A stretch of 63,126 bases of DNA, the filler included, from Octopus bimaculoides (taxonomy: Eukaryota), in NCBI RefSeq assembly GCF_001194135.2. It is 10 parts of 10 records of this genome, joined end to end, with 100 filler letters (N's around TTAATTAATTAA, not from the genome) between each part and the next. Parts side by side here need not be neighbours in the genome. Positions count along the whole stretch, not along the records: positions 31,674 to 36,299 come from NC_068996.1; positions 36,400 to 49,184 come from NC_068986.1; 8 more parts are not named here. One strand, written 5' to 3'. The translations under genes and the position numbers were made by a program. The notes beneath the pieces were generated by a model. It saw only the letters and a list, made by a program, of their open reading frames with translations, had not been told where the DNA came from and searched no databases. Positions within the stretch are counted from its first letter, which is position 1, and every line of letters starts with the position of its first letter. Positions 35,482-48,547 of this stretch are shown piece after piece.

Positions 35482-36019
35482 NNNNNNNNNNNNNNNNNNN
35501 NNNNNNNNNNNNNNNNNNNNNNNNNNNNNNNNNNNNNNNNNNNNNNNNNNNNNNNNNNNNNNNNNNNNNNNNNNNNNNNNNNNNNNNNNNNNNNNNNNNN
35601 NNNNNNNNNNNNNNNNNNNNNNNNNNNNNNNNNNNNNNNNNNNNNNNNNNNNNNNNNNNNNNNNNNNNNNNNNNNNNNNNNNNNNNNNNNNNNNNNNNNN
35701 NNNNNNNNNNNNNNNNNNNNNNNNNNNNNNNNNNNNNNNNNNNNNNNNNNNNNNNNNNNNNNNNNNNNNNNNNNNNNNNNNNNNNNNNNNNNNNNNNNNN
35801 NNNNNNNNNNNNNNNNNNNNNNNNNNNNNNNNNNNNNNNNNNNNNNNNNNNNNNNNNNNNNNNNNNNNNNNNNNNNNNNNATAAAAAAGATTTTAAAAAA
35901 AAGTTATAAATTCTTTATCAAAACATCACTAACCTTTGTGGAAGAAGTCTGTTTCTAGTGTGTGTAAGTGCTTTTGACTATCTTTTCAAACACATGTATT
36001 CTTGGATAATGTGTGTGAG

Positions 36020-36299
36020 TCAGCTTGCGAAGACCTGTTGGGGCAAGTGAAAGCGAAATCGTGATGGCACCTGTACCAGTGGAGGACTAAGAGCACCGTC
36101 CGAGCGTGATCGTTACCAACGTCGCCTTCCTGGCACTTGTGCCGGTGGTACGTGAAAAGACATTCGAGAGAGATTGTTGCCAGTGCCGCTGGACTGGCTC
36201 CTGTGCAGGTGGCACGTAAAATACACCATATCGAGCGTGGCCGTTGCCAGTACCTCCTGACTGGCCTTCATGCTGGTGGCACATAAAAGCACCCACTAC
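36020..36299 (+). mobile_element. RTE 3'-UTR tandem-repeat region, cut by gap
   Basis: ~65-bp units gagcgtgatcgtt.cca.cgtcgcc...gtggcacgtaaaa as in 4200-4500. Confidence 0.8.
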
Positions 36300-36399
36300 N
36301 NNNNNNNNNNNNNNNNNNNNNNNNNNNNNNNNNNNNNNNNNNNTTAATTAATTAANNNNNNNNNNNNNNNNNNNNNNNNNNNNNNNNNNNNNNNNNNNN

Positions 36400-36438
<39 letters not shown>

Positions 36439-37342
36439 TATATATAGATATATATATAGAGAGATATATATACATATACATACATACACTTTTACATAAA
36501 CATGTGTGCGTGTGCGTGTGTATGCCTCTCTCTATACATACATATGCATCGCTATGCACATATATGCATATACTCATACGTACCATATATGCACATGTAC
36601 AAACATATATACGTAAGAAAAAGTACTTAAATGTTTAATTGCGTAAGCATACTATTGTATCATTGTTGCACTCGACAGTTTTACGTTTCTTCAAATTTAT
36701 TACCGAACAGGAACTCTGTGTAGCATCGAAGAAATGCTTAAAACATTTTTTAAAATGGGTACAATATTCCTGAACTGATTGACTATCTAATGTTTGTTTT
36801 TCTGATAAGGAACGGGAAGTCAACTGAGCTATAATGCATACATACATACATACATAAATACATACATACATAAATACATACATACATACATACACATACA
36901 TAAAGGGTAAAGAGTATATATATATACATACACATATATATGTATGTATATATATGTGTGTGTATATATAGATGTATATAAATATATAGGTACGTATATA
37001 TATATATATATNNNNNNNNNNNNNNNNNNNNNNNNNNNNNNNNNNNNNNNNNNNNNNNNNNNNNNNNNNNNNNNNNNNNNNNNNNNNNNNNNNNNNNNNN
37101 NNNNNNNNNNNNNNNNNNNNNNNNNNNNNNNNNNNNNNNNNNNNNNNNNNNNNNNNNNNNNNNNNNNNNNNNNNNNNNNNNNNNNNNNNNNNNNNNNNNN
37201 NNNNNNNNNNNNNNNNNNNNNNNNNNNNNNNNNNNNNNNNNNNNNNNNNNNNNNNNNNNNNNNNNNNNNNNNNNNNNNNNNNNNNNNNNNNNNNNNNNNN
37301 NNNNNNNNNNNNNNNNNNNNNNNNNNNNNNNNNNNNNNNNNN

Positions 37343-37512
37343 TTCTATGCCAAACTTATCCAGTGACTGGTCCATTGGATTTAGACGTTTGGCACTTCTT
37401 CAGGAGTGGTTACCTTTCGAACAAAACACGAAAAAACACATACATAACTATTATTAGGTCTTTAGGACATCGTTAGCTTTCGTGTTTGTTAAGTTTGGCA
37501 TAGAAATGTTAA
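37343..37512. mobile_element. piggyBac-like MITE (left end in gap)
   Basis: ttctatgccaaactta (37343) is the reverse complement of taagtttggcatagaa (~37490-37505); the right end is followed by atg-TTAA. Confidence 0.55.
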
Positions 37513-37914
37513 CATAGAGTGGTGAATAAATCGATATATCGAATTTGAAGTCTCTGTCTCTTTTGAATATGAAAATTTAAAAGTTTAAAAATCTTATGAT
37601 ATAAATATAAACTGTGAGAACGACCCTTAAGGAATCTAATTAATGATCTCCTAAGGTAAGTTCTTATGCTATATTGGTAACGGTTGCCACATCCTCTGGA
37701 AAAAAATTATTATATATATATATATATATATGCATATACGTACGTATATATGTCTGTCTATCTATCTATCTACCTATCAATAAATTCTATACATACGTAC
37801 ATACACACACACACTCGTATGCATACATATATACATACATACATGTATACATACATGCATGCGTGCATACATACATACATACATACACATATCTACTTAT
37901 CTATATACACATCC

Positions 37915-38135
37915 AACCGTTTTTTCCGCCTACTTTTCTTGGAGGGGTAATGAGGTTAGAGTCTTCAACTATCTCCTCCATAGAGGCCTATGAGAAGCAA
38001 CCGTCATAAGACTTTCCTACTGAATTCCCAAGTGTGGCCCGCTGAAACAATGAATATTATCCAATCATCTTGTTGTTGGTCTACCCCTAGCCTGCCTGTT
38101 GGCACGTCTTGAAGAATCCGTATTGTGATCTTTTC
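37915..38135 (-). mobile_element. Old RTE-like LINE 3' end
   Basis: Minus strand RQARGRPTTR*LDNI resembles the RTE C-terminal RGRP..RW.D motif. Confidence 0.5.
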
Positions 38136-40334
38136 TTTTCCCATCAAAGTTCAATAGAAACAACAATAAAAACAATTAAACGCTAATAATAACCACACAA
38201 CAATTATACAACTATCAACCATTGACATCTCTCTAGGTTAGCAATGCACATCGCAGATAAAACGTATGCTTCTGTGGTTTCGAATATATCGAAATCTTTA
38301 TATTTTTTTGCACAACGAGATGTGTTTTGAATTTTATATTCTGCAAGAACACATAACACTGTTTAGGAGACTTAATCTAACCAATTGTTTAACACCACCA
38401 CCTGACCACTGAGTGCTGTTAGGAGAGACCACCCTATTACATGCATTTGATTGGGCTCCAGTCTGACTTGCTCCCTTCCAATCCCCAGTTTCGGAGGACC
38501 TCCTCAAACAAATTCACTAACAAAAAAAATAAAATAAAATGAATAAATAAATAAATAAATAAAACAAATACGATGTTAATAGCTTTGAAAGCAGGCGCAG
38601 TATGTTATAGGAAAATCGCAGTAAATAAGTTTTTACCATAGCTGAAAGTTGTTTTTTCAGTGTTTTTTTTAGCTCCAAGACAACACCGAGTTCATGGAGC
38701 AGTGTTATAATTGAAGTCATCACAACTGTCACAATATTGTAAATTCAGGGTACTTATAGGAGCTATTACTTCAGGTATCATTTCATTAAAACTGGTGTTG
38801 TGGCTTGAGGGAGATTTGGGCGTTTTATTTAGCAGGTCGAGCGTCCACGGAGAAGCGACTCTTTCACGAATTGTTTCAGCATGCGACCAACTGCCTTCAG
38901 ATTGAAGTATTGATATTGTTTAACAATCTCAGTAAGAGTGACCTACTTCAATCCCCTTGGTATTTCTAATGAAAGCAAAAACGTCGAAATTTCTCATTTA
39001 CCAATTTCAGAGAAAACAATCTATTTGTTTATTCAAAACGACGCCAATACTTTTGCATAGAGTAAACGCATTAATGAAATACACCTACACTAACTATTAT
39101 GTTCATCGACTTTCTGCCAGGCTATATAGATACATGTTTATACATAATCTGTTTTCCATAGACTCAACAGTCTGCATCAGATACATCAATAAACTGTAGA
39201 TAAGATTGCCTTAATATAACAACATCCTAAACTATATTATTCGATCTTGCACTTAATTTATGGACAGACACATCGAACCTATGCTCAACAACAGTCTTTT
39301 AACGACCGCACACGCACATGTATGTATGTATGTATGTATGTATGCATGCATGTTGGTATGTATGTATTATGGGTGTATGTACTATGGGTGTATTTAGGTG
39401 TGTGTGTGTATGTATGCGTGTGTGTATGCGTGTGTGTGTGTTGTTTACGCTAGTAAAAATTTAGAAAATTTGAGTGAACGTGAAATAATTGGTTTTGTTT
39501 TTTAACTGTTGAACTCAAAAATAGATAAAGCTGTAAATAACGGCATGTAAATATTGGTTTAAAAAAGCTTTTTTGATAGAAAAAGTCAAAGTCTGCCTGA
39601 GGGAGACGAGCCCACATGAAAACACGAGAGGCTCTCAAATTTTTCTTTCCAAAGTGTTTTTAACCCAATATTTACACGCTATTGTTTATATCTTCGAGTT
39701 CAGCTCTTGAAAAAAAAAAAAAAAAAAAGCGCGCGCGTGCACACACACACACACACACACATTGAAGAGAATTCAGATGTTATACCTGCCGCCAAGTTTA
39801 TTTAAAGCTGGATATATTGTACTCAAGGATAGATAAGTCAAAGCATGCTAAGACGTCTTCCAAAAGTGAAATAAACTTTGTCTGCTGCAAAGCACGTCTG
39901 AGCACAATACTAAATTGTTATGTTTCTGCACACGCATAGACACACACGCAAACACATACACACACACGCACACAGTCAAACACACACACACACACACGCT
40001 CACACATATACACACACAGACACACGCACACATGCACACACACACACGCACAGGCACATACGCAACACACACACACACACATGGACGCACATACTTATAA
40101 AATATTTATTTATTTATGATAGAAGTAGAGTCAATATTGAGTATGTCTGTTGCTTGTAACTGATCTACAAAGAGAAAATGATTATCCAACCCTGCTATTG
40201 ATCTGCTGCTTTTTATCATAGCTATTGCATAAATGTCTCTCCTCATTTAAATTGCACTGCAGAAACATGATAATTTAGCATTGTGCTCAGACATATTTTT
40301 CAGCAGACAAAGTTTATTTCACGTGTGTAATCAT

Positions 40335-40510
40335 TAGGCTATGGTCATACTAGGGCACCGCCTCGAATGGTCTTAGTCGAACGAATCAACCTCTGTACTT
40401 ATTCTATTGGTGTTTTTCGCTGAACCGTTAAGTTGCGGGGGGCGAACACTAACCAACACTGGCTGCCAAGCAGTGCAGTGGCAGGCAAACAGAAACACAA
40501 AGACACACTC
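40335..40510 (-). mobile_element. SINE family A 3' half, degenerate
   Basis: gtcatactagggcaccgcctcgaatggtcttagtcgaacgaatcaacc...gctgaaccgttaagttgcgggg. Confidence 0.65.
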
Positions 40511-40664
40511 AAACATATAGATTCATTCATTCATTCATATCAAAAAATATCAAGGATACTTCCCGAGTCATAAGTTCTGAAAGGTGATTTTTCCGGATTC
40601 TGTAGCATATATATTTCCACACCTTGATGTGGCGCTTATCCGTCGCAGGATTACTTTATTTATG

Positions 40665-40800
40665 CCAGTTAAGAGGACTGCAGCAACATAAAATGAAATG
40701 TTTTGCTTAAGAACAAAACGCATCGCCCGGTCTAGGAGTCGAAACCACAGTCTTACGATCATGAGTGAAACACCCTAATCGGTAAGCCACGTAAAGCCCC
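40665..40800 (-). mobile_element. SINE family C head
   Basis: Reverse complement cgtggcttaccgattagggtg...ggtttcgactcc...gttttgttcttaagcaaaac matches 17800-17900. Confidence 0.65.
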
Positions 40801-40940
40801 ACCCACACATGTATGTATACATATACACATACATGATGGCTGTTTACACAGATAAAAGCATGTATTATAAGATACATCTATAGATTTTAGCCAACAGTGT
40901 ATATGTAATGAGTAGAAGTAAACAGTTTGTTTTTATATAG

Positions 40941-41036
<96 letters not shown>

Positions 41037-41224
41037 CAGACGCACACATACACACAAACACGCATTCATACACACATACGCACATACACACTGAAACATA
41101 CATACACGCATACATACATATATATGTATATGTGTGTGTGTGTGTATGTGTGTGTGTGTGTGTATGTATATATACACATCTGTCTATTTTCCTTCTCAGT
41201 GCCCGTTAAGTGTTATTCTAAACA

Positions 41225-42280
41225 GAGTGCGAAATCATCTTGCCTCCCAACAGAGTTTACACCAAAGAAGTCAACTACTGGCAGGATGCCTGCTCTCCGT
41301 CTATTGATCGAACGCAGGCAGTACTTTCTGCAAGTGCTCCTTGCAACTTATCTCGACCTTAGCAAGTCATTTGAGTCGTTGGACAGGGGTGTACTCAAGA
41401 GGAATCTAGAGCTGCGAGGTATCGAGGTTTACCTCCCCAACTAGTTGGGGGCTGACAGTGGATTTGTATAGTGGAACAGTGAGTGCAATTCGGATTGGGG
41501 GATCAACATCTGACTCTTTCTCGGTTATATTTGGGGTCTGCCAGGATTGTGCTTTTTAAATGGCAGACTGGATACTTAGCCGAGTAGAGGCTCGATTGAG
41601 TCACGGAGCGCTCATTGCTGAAGCCAGATTTACTAATCTGGATTTTGCTGGTGATGCAGTTATTCTTGATGAGTCTCTGGCTGTCTTAAGAAGTGCTCTC
41701 CTTCCACTATGTGGGAAGCGGAACCACTTGGCCTTCGAGTTTCTTGGATCAAAACGAGGATTCGGTCTTTCGTTGGCTTCCTGGGGGGAGTCCATCTAGT
41801 TTGTTCCTCTTGCAGGCGAAGACGTCGAATTTGTTGACTGTTTCACTTATCTCGGCAGCGTGATCCATAGCAGCATTAAATGCGAGTACGAAACTTTAAA
41901 AAGACTTGGGCTTGCTGGTGAAGTTGTCGACTTTCTGGACAAGGGAGTTTGGCGCCGCCGATATCTCAGAAGGAGGACAAAGATTAGGATCTTCGGGTTT
42001 CGTGTCCTCACTGTGAGATCTGAACACTGTCCGGAGCTCTTAAGAGCCACCTGAACTCCTTCAGTACCAGAACTCTACTACTGGTCGGATTTCTTATCCG
42101 ATCGACGACTATACGTATTCAGAAGCTGGGATAAATTTTATTATTTGCATGATTCGGGAGTGTCAGCTCAAAGTGTTAGGTCAGATCGTTCGATTTTCCC
42201 AGTTGGATCCTGCACACAGTGTTCTCTTGTATGCGGATGAGGTGTTTCACGGAGATACTAACTGACAAGGATGCTGCTTT
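41225..42280 (+). pseudogene. Highly degenerate RTE-like LINE RT fragment (different family from 2060-4645)
   Basis: KSTTGRMPALRLLIER...YLDLSKSFESLDR, LDFAGDAVIL (decayed FADD), GEDVEFVDCFTYLGSVI. Confidence 0.7.
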
Positions 42281-42369
42281 GAAGATTTCTCAGGATGACC
42301 CGAGCAGATACCGACAAAGAAAAGGATGAACGACGCGCTGCAAGGACGCATGGCATACCTTACCTGACG

Positions 42370-42420
<51 letters not shown>

Positions 42421-42445
42421 GTCTGTCTGTCTGTCTGTCTATATA

Positions 42446-42994
42446 CGAGGATGAGTCAAACGGTAATGCCATTTTGTTTAGGACAGGTGTAATTACCAAC
42501 ACAAGAACATGTATCACACATCAAAATGAAGCTGGTCCTCTGTGAATCACATCTTACTTTTCAACATAGTCACCGTTTCTCTCAATAGCAATGTTCCATC
42601 TTCGAATGAGAGCATGTATCCCGTAAAATTCTGTTGACTGTTCTTTGAGCCACTTCTTCACTACAGTTTTCACTTCTTCCTCACTGGAATAAGGTTTACC
42701 TCTCAAACCCTCTTTCGTGGGTCCGAAGAGATGATAGCCTGAAGGCGCTAAATCTGGTAAGTGTGGAGGTAGTGAAGAAGTGGCTCAAAGAACAGTCAAC
42801 AGAATTTTACGGGGTAAGGATACATGCTCTCATTTGAAAGTGGAACATTGCTATTGAGAGAAAGGGTGACTATGTTGAGAAGTAGGGATGTGATCCACAG
42901 AGGACCAGCTTCATTTTGATGTATGATACATGTTCCTGTGTTGGTAATTATACCTATCCTAAACAAAATGGCATTACTTTTTGACTCACCCTCG
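42446..42994. mobile_element. Mariner-derived fold-back element with two 3' ends (~220-bp inverted arms), TA TSD
   Basis: TA-cgaggatgagtcaaa ... tttgactcaccctcg-TA; arms 42446-42665 and 42768-42994; minus strand encodes PDLAPSGYHLFGPTKEGLRGK...VKKWLKEQ; plus arm ends WNIAIERKGDYVEK*. Confidence 0.88.
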
Positions 42995-43045
<51 letters not shown>

Positions 43046-43454
43046 ATGTACGTATATGTATATGCACATATAAATGCATATATGTATACATGTATATATN
43101 NNNNNNNNNNNNNNNNNNNNNNNNNNNNNNNNNNNNNNNNNNNNNNNNNNNNNNNNNNNNNNNNNNNNNNNNNNNNNNNNNNNNNNNNNNNNNNNNNNNN
43201 NNNNNNNNNNNNNNNNNNNNNNNNNNNNNNNNNNNNNNNNNNNNNNNNNNNNNNNNNNNNNNNNNNNNNNNNNNNNNNNNNNNNNNNNNNTATATATATA
43301 CACACACATATATACCCTCACACAGAAATACACAGACACACTCTATATGTGAGTAGGTGTGTATGTGTGTGTGTTTGTATGTGTTTCTATATATGTATAT
43401 ATACACATACACACACACACACATACATAACCCCCCACCACACGCACATATATA

Positions 43455-43945
43455 GCGTGGCTGTGTGGTAACAATTGCGCTTCCAATCCAGATAGTTCCG
43501 GGTTCAGCCCAACTGCATAGCACCATGGGCAAGTACCTTCTACTATAACCTCGGTCCATATGCGTGTATTTGGTAGACGGAAACTGAAAGAAGCCCGTTG
43601 TATATATGTATATATGTATATATATGTATATATGTGTGTGTGTGTGTGTGTGTTTATGTGTGTGTGTTTATGTGTGTGTGTGTGTGTGAGTATGTGTACA
43701 TGTATGTACAACCGTTATGTTAGAGGGATGTAAACAAACCAACACTGCTTGACGACAGTGTTGGTTTGTTTACATCCCTCTAACATAACGGTTTGGCAAA
43801 AGAAACCAGTAGAATGAGTACCGGTAGAATGAGTACCAGTTTTAAAAATAAAGATTTTGGTTTGATTCGTTCGACTAAAACCCCTCAAGGTGGTGCCCCA
43901 GCATAGCCACAATGAAATGACTGAAACAAGTAAAATATTAAAGGT
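43455..43945 (+). mobile_element. SINE family A, full length with expanded internal (TA)/(TG)n
   Basis: gcgtggctgtgtggtaac...ggttcagccc...ggtagacggaaactgaaagaagccc...gtgccccagcat...actgaaacaagtaaaa. Confidence 0.8.
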
Positions 43946-44009
43946 AAAAGATATATGTATGTATATGAATATATTTGTCTGGCTGTCTGTCTGTTTCTCT
44001 TTCTCTCTG

Positions 44010-44054
<45 letters not shown>

Positions 44055-44307
44055 GAAGAAAGAAAGGGGAAAGTGAGACAGAGTGAGAGTGAGGCATCCA
44101 CACACGCACACAGAAACACACACACACACGTGCACGCGCAAACAATGTGCTGACATTTACGTCAATGGGTGACTACTCATCTATCATGATTACTCATACC
44201 TTTGAGTGAATTACTGGTCTTTATCTAATTTACTCCGGAAAGGTGAAGGATAATGTCGGTTTCTGTAAGATTTAAAATAAAGGTTGAGCCATATAGTTTT
44301 GACTGTC

Positions 44308-44351
<44 letters not shown>

Positions 44352-45621
44352 ACGTACATATATGTGTACATATATACTTGTATATATGTATATACATATG
44401 TATGCATAAATATGTATGTATATATGTATATATATATATATATNNNNNNNNNNNNNNNNNNNNNNNNNNNNNNNNNNNNNNNNNNNNNNNNNNNNNNNNN
44501 NNNNNNNNNNNNNNNNNNNNNNNNNNNNNNNNNNNNNNNNNNNNNNNNNNNNNNNNNNNNNNNNNNNNNNNNNNNNNNNNNNNNNNNNNNNNNNNNNNNN
44601 NNNNNNNNNNNNNNNNNNNNNNNNNNNNNNNNNNNNNNNNNNNNNNNNNNNNNNNNNNNNNNNNNNNNNNNNNNNNNNNNNNNNNNNNNNNNNNNNNNNN
44701 NNNNNNNNNNNNNNNNNNNNNNNNNNNNNNNNNNNNNNNNNNNNNNNNNNNNNNNNNNNNNNNNNNNNNNNNNNNNNNNNNNNNNNNNNNNNNNNNNNNN
44801 NNNNNNNNNNNNNNNNNNNNNNNNNNNNNNNNNNNNNNNNNNNNNNNNNNNNNNNNNNNNNNNNNNNNNNNNNNNNNNNNNNNNNNNNNNNNNNNNNNNN
44901 NNNNNNNNNNNNNNNNNNNNNNNNNNNNNNNNNNNNNNNNNNNNNNNNNNNNNNNNNNNNNNNNNNNNNNNNNNNNNNNNNNNNNNNNNNNNNNNNNNNN
45001 NNNNNNNNNNNNNNNNNNNNNNNNNNNNNNNNNNNNNNNNNNNNNNNNNNNNNNNNNNNNNNNNNNNNNNNNNNNNNNNNNNNNNNNNNNNNNNNNNNNN
45101 NNNNNNNNNNNNNNNNNNNNNNNNNNNNNNNNNNNNNNNNNNNNNNNNNNNNNNNNNNNNNNNNNNNNNNNNNNNNNNNNNNNNNNNNNNNNNNNNNNNN
45201 NNNNNNNNNNNNNNNNNNNNNNNNNNNNNNNNNNNNNNNNNNNNNNNNNNNNNNNNNNNNNNNNNNNNNNNNNNNNNNNNNNNNNNNNNNNNNNNNNNNN
45301 NNNNNNNNNNNNNNNNNNNNNNNNNNNNNNNNNNNNNNNNNNNNNNNNNNNNNNTTACAATGAGAACATAAAACATACACAAAGTACACATCGCACGGTA
45401 TGTTGGTGACGTCACTCTACCACAACCGGATCACAAAAACTCTAGTAACAACTAAAAGAGAAAGCACACACACACACACAACCACACACACACACACACA
45501 CAAACACACGCATACACACAATATCTTAGATAAACTTTCATACGATTCAGGTAAAAATTGGCCAAGGTCATGTTTAACTTCATAGCCTCACCAATGGGTG
45601 AGTATATGTGTGTGTGTGTGT

Positions 45622-45670
<49 letters not shown>

Positions 45671-45844
45671 AATGCGCGAGCGAGTGCGTGTGTGTGTGTA
45701 TGCGCGCGCATAATCTGAAAAGTTACCGAACTTCAAGTAATGTGGACTGAATTAATCTGTTTATGCACACATACATACATACATACATACATACACACAT
45801 ACACACGTGTATATATATATGTGTGTAAGTGTGTATGTGTGTGT

Positions 45845-45990
45845 GTGTGTGTGTGGTAAGAAGTTGGTAGACCACATGGTTTCTAGTTAAGTGGTACTTT
45901 TGGCAAGTGACTTCTACAATAGCCTCCGGCTGACCAAAACCATGAGTGGATTTGGTAGACAGAAACCGAAAGAAGCTCATCGTCGTCTCT
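45845..45990 (+). mobile_element. SINE family A 5' half
   Basis: gtgtggtaagaag...ggcaagtgacttctacaatagcc...ggatttggtagacagaaaccgaaagaagc. Confidence 0.7.
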
Positions 45991-46169
45991 CTCTCTCTCT
46001 ATCTATCTGTCTCTTTATACATATATACATACATAAACACACACATACGCGCACACTACACACACACACACACACACACATTCACGTGAGCGAGCAACGA
46101 AAGTCACACTCATCACACTTGCTAGGAGATCCATGTATCTTTGATAAGAGTGTGAATGTACTCCTCATA

Positions 46170-46630
46170 ACTTAAAATTTCCCCTCTGATGAATATCCGT
46201 TACTGAGGCAGAATAAATAACTAGAAACGCGCCTCTTGCGGTCTACAGAGAGAACGCTGAGTTGATAATTGTGCGTTTACATCGTTTACCAGTAAGTGAG
46301 AATTTTCTTCCATGGTGAACGGCAGTGACATTGCCTTTTGATATTGAAACATATTTGAAGTAACCTACAGTTTACTTATTTTTTTTGTCACTGCTTCGCG
46401 ATACTTCTTATGTATTTGATCAAATGGCGCAAATCAGTTGCTTGTATTTACTGATTTATAAATAAGACTAAGGCTTCCTGTCAGTTACTGAAGACGGAAT
46501 AACGAGCCAGAAATGCGCATCTAGCGGTCCACAGGGGTTGCTTTGAGCTGAGCTGAGCTGAGCTGATGATGGTCTAGTTAACGTCTGAACCATAAGTGGG
46601 AATTTTTCTCCACAGAGTTGCATTGAAATT
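46170..46630. repeat. Diverged direct repeat (~46170-46315 and ~46470-46615) with hammerhead-like motifs
   Basis: gttactgaggcagaata...tagaaacgcgcctcttgcggtctacagag vs gttactgaagacggaata...cagaaatgcgcatctagcggtccacaggg; downstream taagtg.gaatttt..tcca is also shared. Confidence 0.55.
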
Positions 46631-46679
46631 GCATTTAGAAGCTGAAATATGTCCCAAATATATCTGAATTATTCTAAAG

Positions 46680-46714
<35 letters not shown>

Positions 46715-46718
<4 letters not shown>

Positions 46719-46872
46719 CAGGCCTCCACCACAGTTTCCATCTACAAATTCCACTCACAAGGTATTAGTCGGCCCGGGGCTATAGCAGCAGACACTTGCT
46801 AAGAGGGTGCACTGTAGGACCGAACCCGAAACCATATGGTTGCAAAGCGAGCTTCTTTACAACACAGCCATA
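46715..46872 (-). mobile_element. SINE family A 5' half
   Basis: cagtttccatctacaaattccactcacaagg...gctatagcagcagacacttgc...cgaacccgaaacca...acaacacagcc. Confidence 0.75.
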
Positions 46873-47708
46873 CCTGGACCTAGGCATTTAAGAATTTGTA
46901 TAGATATTCATTCCAAGCATATTTTCGCAACTATGCTGGATGGATAGCTGAAACTGTCTAATGATATGTGACCATAGGTGACATTGTAGAATTTAATTGT
47001 CTGTAAGGATTTCCTTGCACATTACATAGGTGATTTAGTATTGTCTTTCTCTAAAATACATCTTTTCCACACATGAATAACTGAGGGGGACTTTGCTATT
47101 TTTGAGGCTAAGTGTAGTCACTGACAGTAAGTAACTCAAACAGAAACAAGACGAACATAAAGTTGGATGCCCGTTACTCTATCTATTACGTCATACGAAT
47201 TTTTCGTCTATCACACCAACTTGCGCACAATTTTCGTTGAACAGGTTCCGTTCAAAACATTTCGATCGAACCTATGTTGTAGTATTCAAAACTTGCCTTT
47301 GGTACAGCACAATGTGATCAAACTCGGAGCAATAAGATGAGAAAAACGAACCTTTTAACCAGTTAGCCAAGCCCGCATATACATGTTAATGTATGAGAAA
47401 AATTTCAAATGCGTTTATCCGCATCGAATCCCAATGCACTTAAAACAAGGATTTCGTTTGAATATCTGTGAAGGTTGCATGTGAATTTTCAAAGAAAACA
47501 CTTATGCTTACAAAGATCATAGAACAACTATTCAGAGAAGATGAATTTCAACAATATATACATACATACATGCATGTATATATGTATGCATGCAAAAATG
47601 CATGTATACATGCATACACAAACAGGCATGAATATATGCAAATATGCATAAATACATTCAAGTATGCATACATGCACACATACACATCTATTCGCTTTTC
47701 TCACTCTG

Positions 47709-47746
<38 letters not shown>

Positions 47747-48432
47747 GCATATACATTCACGCGCGTGCATACATGCATACAAACACATACACACATATAT
47801 TCATACATGCACACACATGCCGCATGCGTTTTATTGGACTATTCTGCAGTAATTTAATTGCTCATGTGCTTAATTTAGGAGCACGTTCCTTACAGCGAGA
47901 CTTCAGTTTATAACATTATTAAATAAGTTATCCCCGCGAGGAAGTTCACTTCATAGAATTTGCTAAAAATTCCGATAATTTTCCTTGTGGTTAATGTCTA
48001 TTTGTCCCACAGTGGAATTTGATGTAGTTTTCTTTTAATAGTGCTTCTCATATCATGGATCTGCGTTAAGTTTTTACTATAGAACTAACTAGCTATATGT
48101 GGCTATTTCATAATACACATGCAGCGAATCATTTGTACATTCACAATTATTATTTGCATATATGTACGCTATTTTCTCTTTTTACTGAATTCAGTCTGTA
48201 GGGTCTGACCATGCTAAGGCACCACCTTCAATGTTATCAAATAAAATACTTGTTTCGATCTACGACTTATTTCATTAAAGCTATTTGCCGAACCACCAAG
48301 TTACAAATATATATATATATGTATACACACACGTTTGCATATGTGTGTGTGTGTGTGTGTGTGTATGTGTGTGTGTGTGTATGCATGTATGTATGTATGT
48401 ATGTATGTATGTATGTATGTATGTATGTATGT

Positions 48433-48547
48433 CATTATTCAGTTTTATTTCAAGATTTCTTGCCAATAGAGAAAGAGCCGACTTTAAACCTAGATCCAGG
48501 GCTCCTTCATTGGAATTTCATTGGAATCAACAACAGGGTATTTTTGT
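48433..48547 (-). mobile_element. R4/Dong family CATA terminal 3'-UTR module between two (TATG)n tracts
   Basis: ttattcagttttatttcaagatttcttgccaatagagaaagagcc...aacaacagggta is the reverse complement of 20515-20616 and 34390-34497. Confidence 0.8.

Noticed and set aside
36635-36835. Minus-strand open frame ...QEYCTHFKKCFKHFF...CNNDTIVCLRN*
   Set aside because: Short, runs out of a microsatellite, unrecognised, and lacks strong splice signals.
44211-45415. Long ORFs of 200-540 aa in the track (also 4714, 12711, 20779-21830, 23574, 26308, 50204, 60996-62012)
   Set aside because: They span N gaps (X runs) and dinucleotide repeats and are not real coding sequence.
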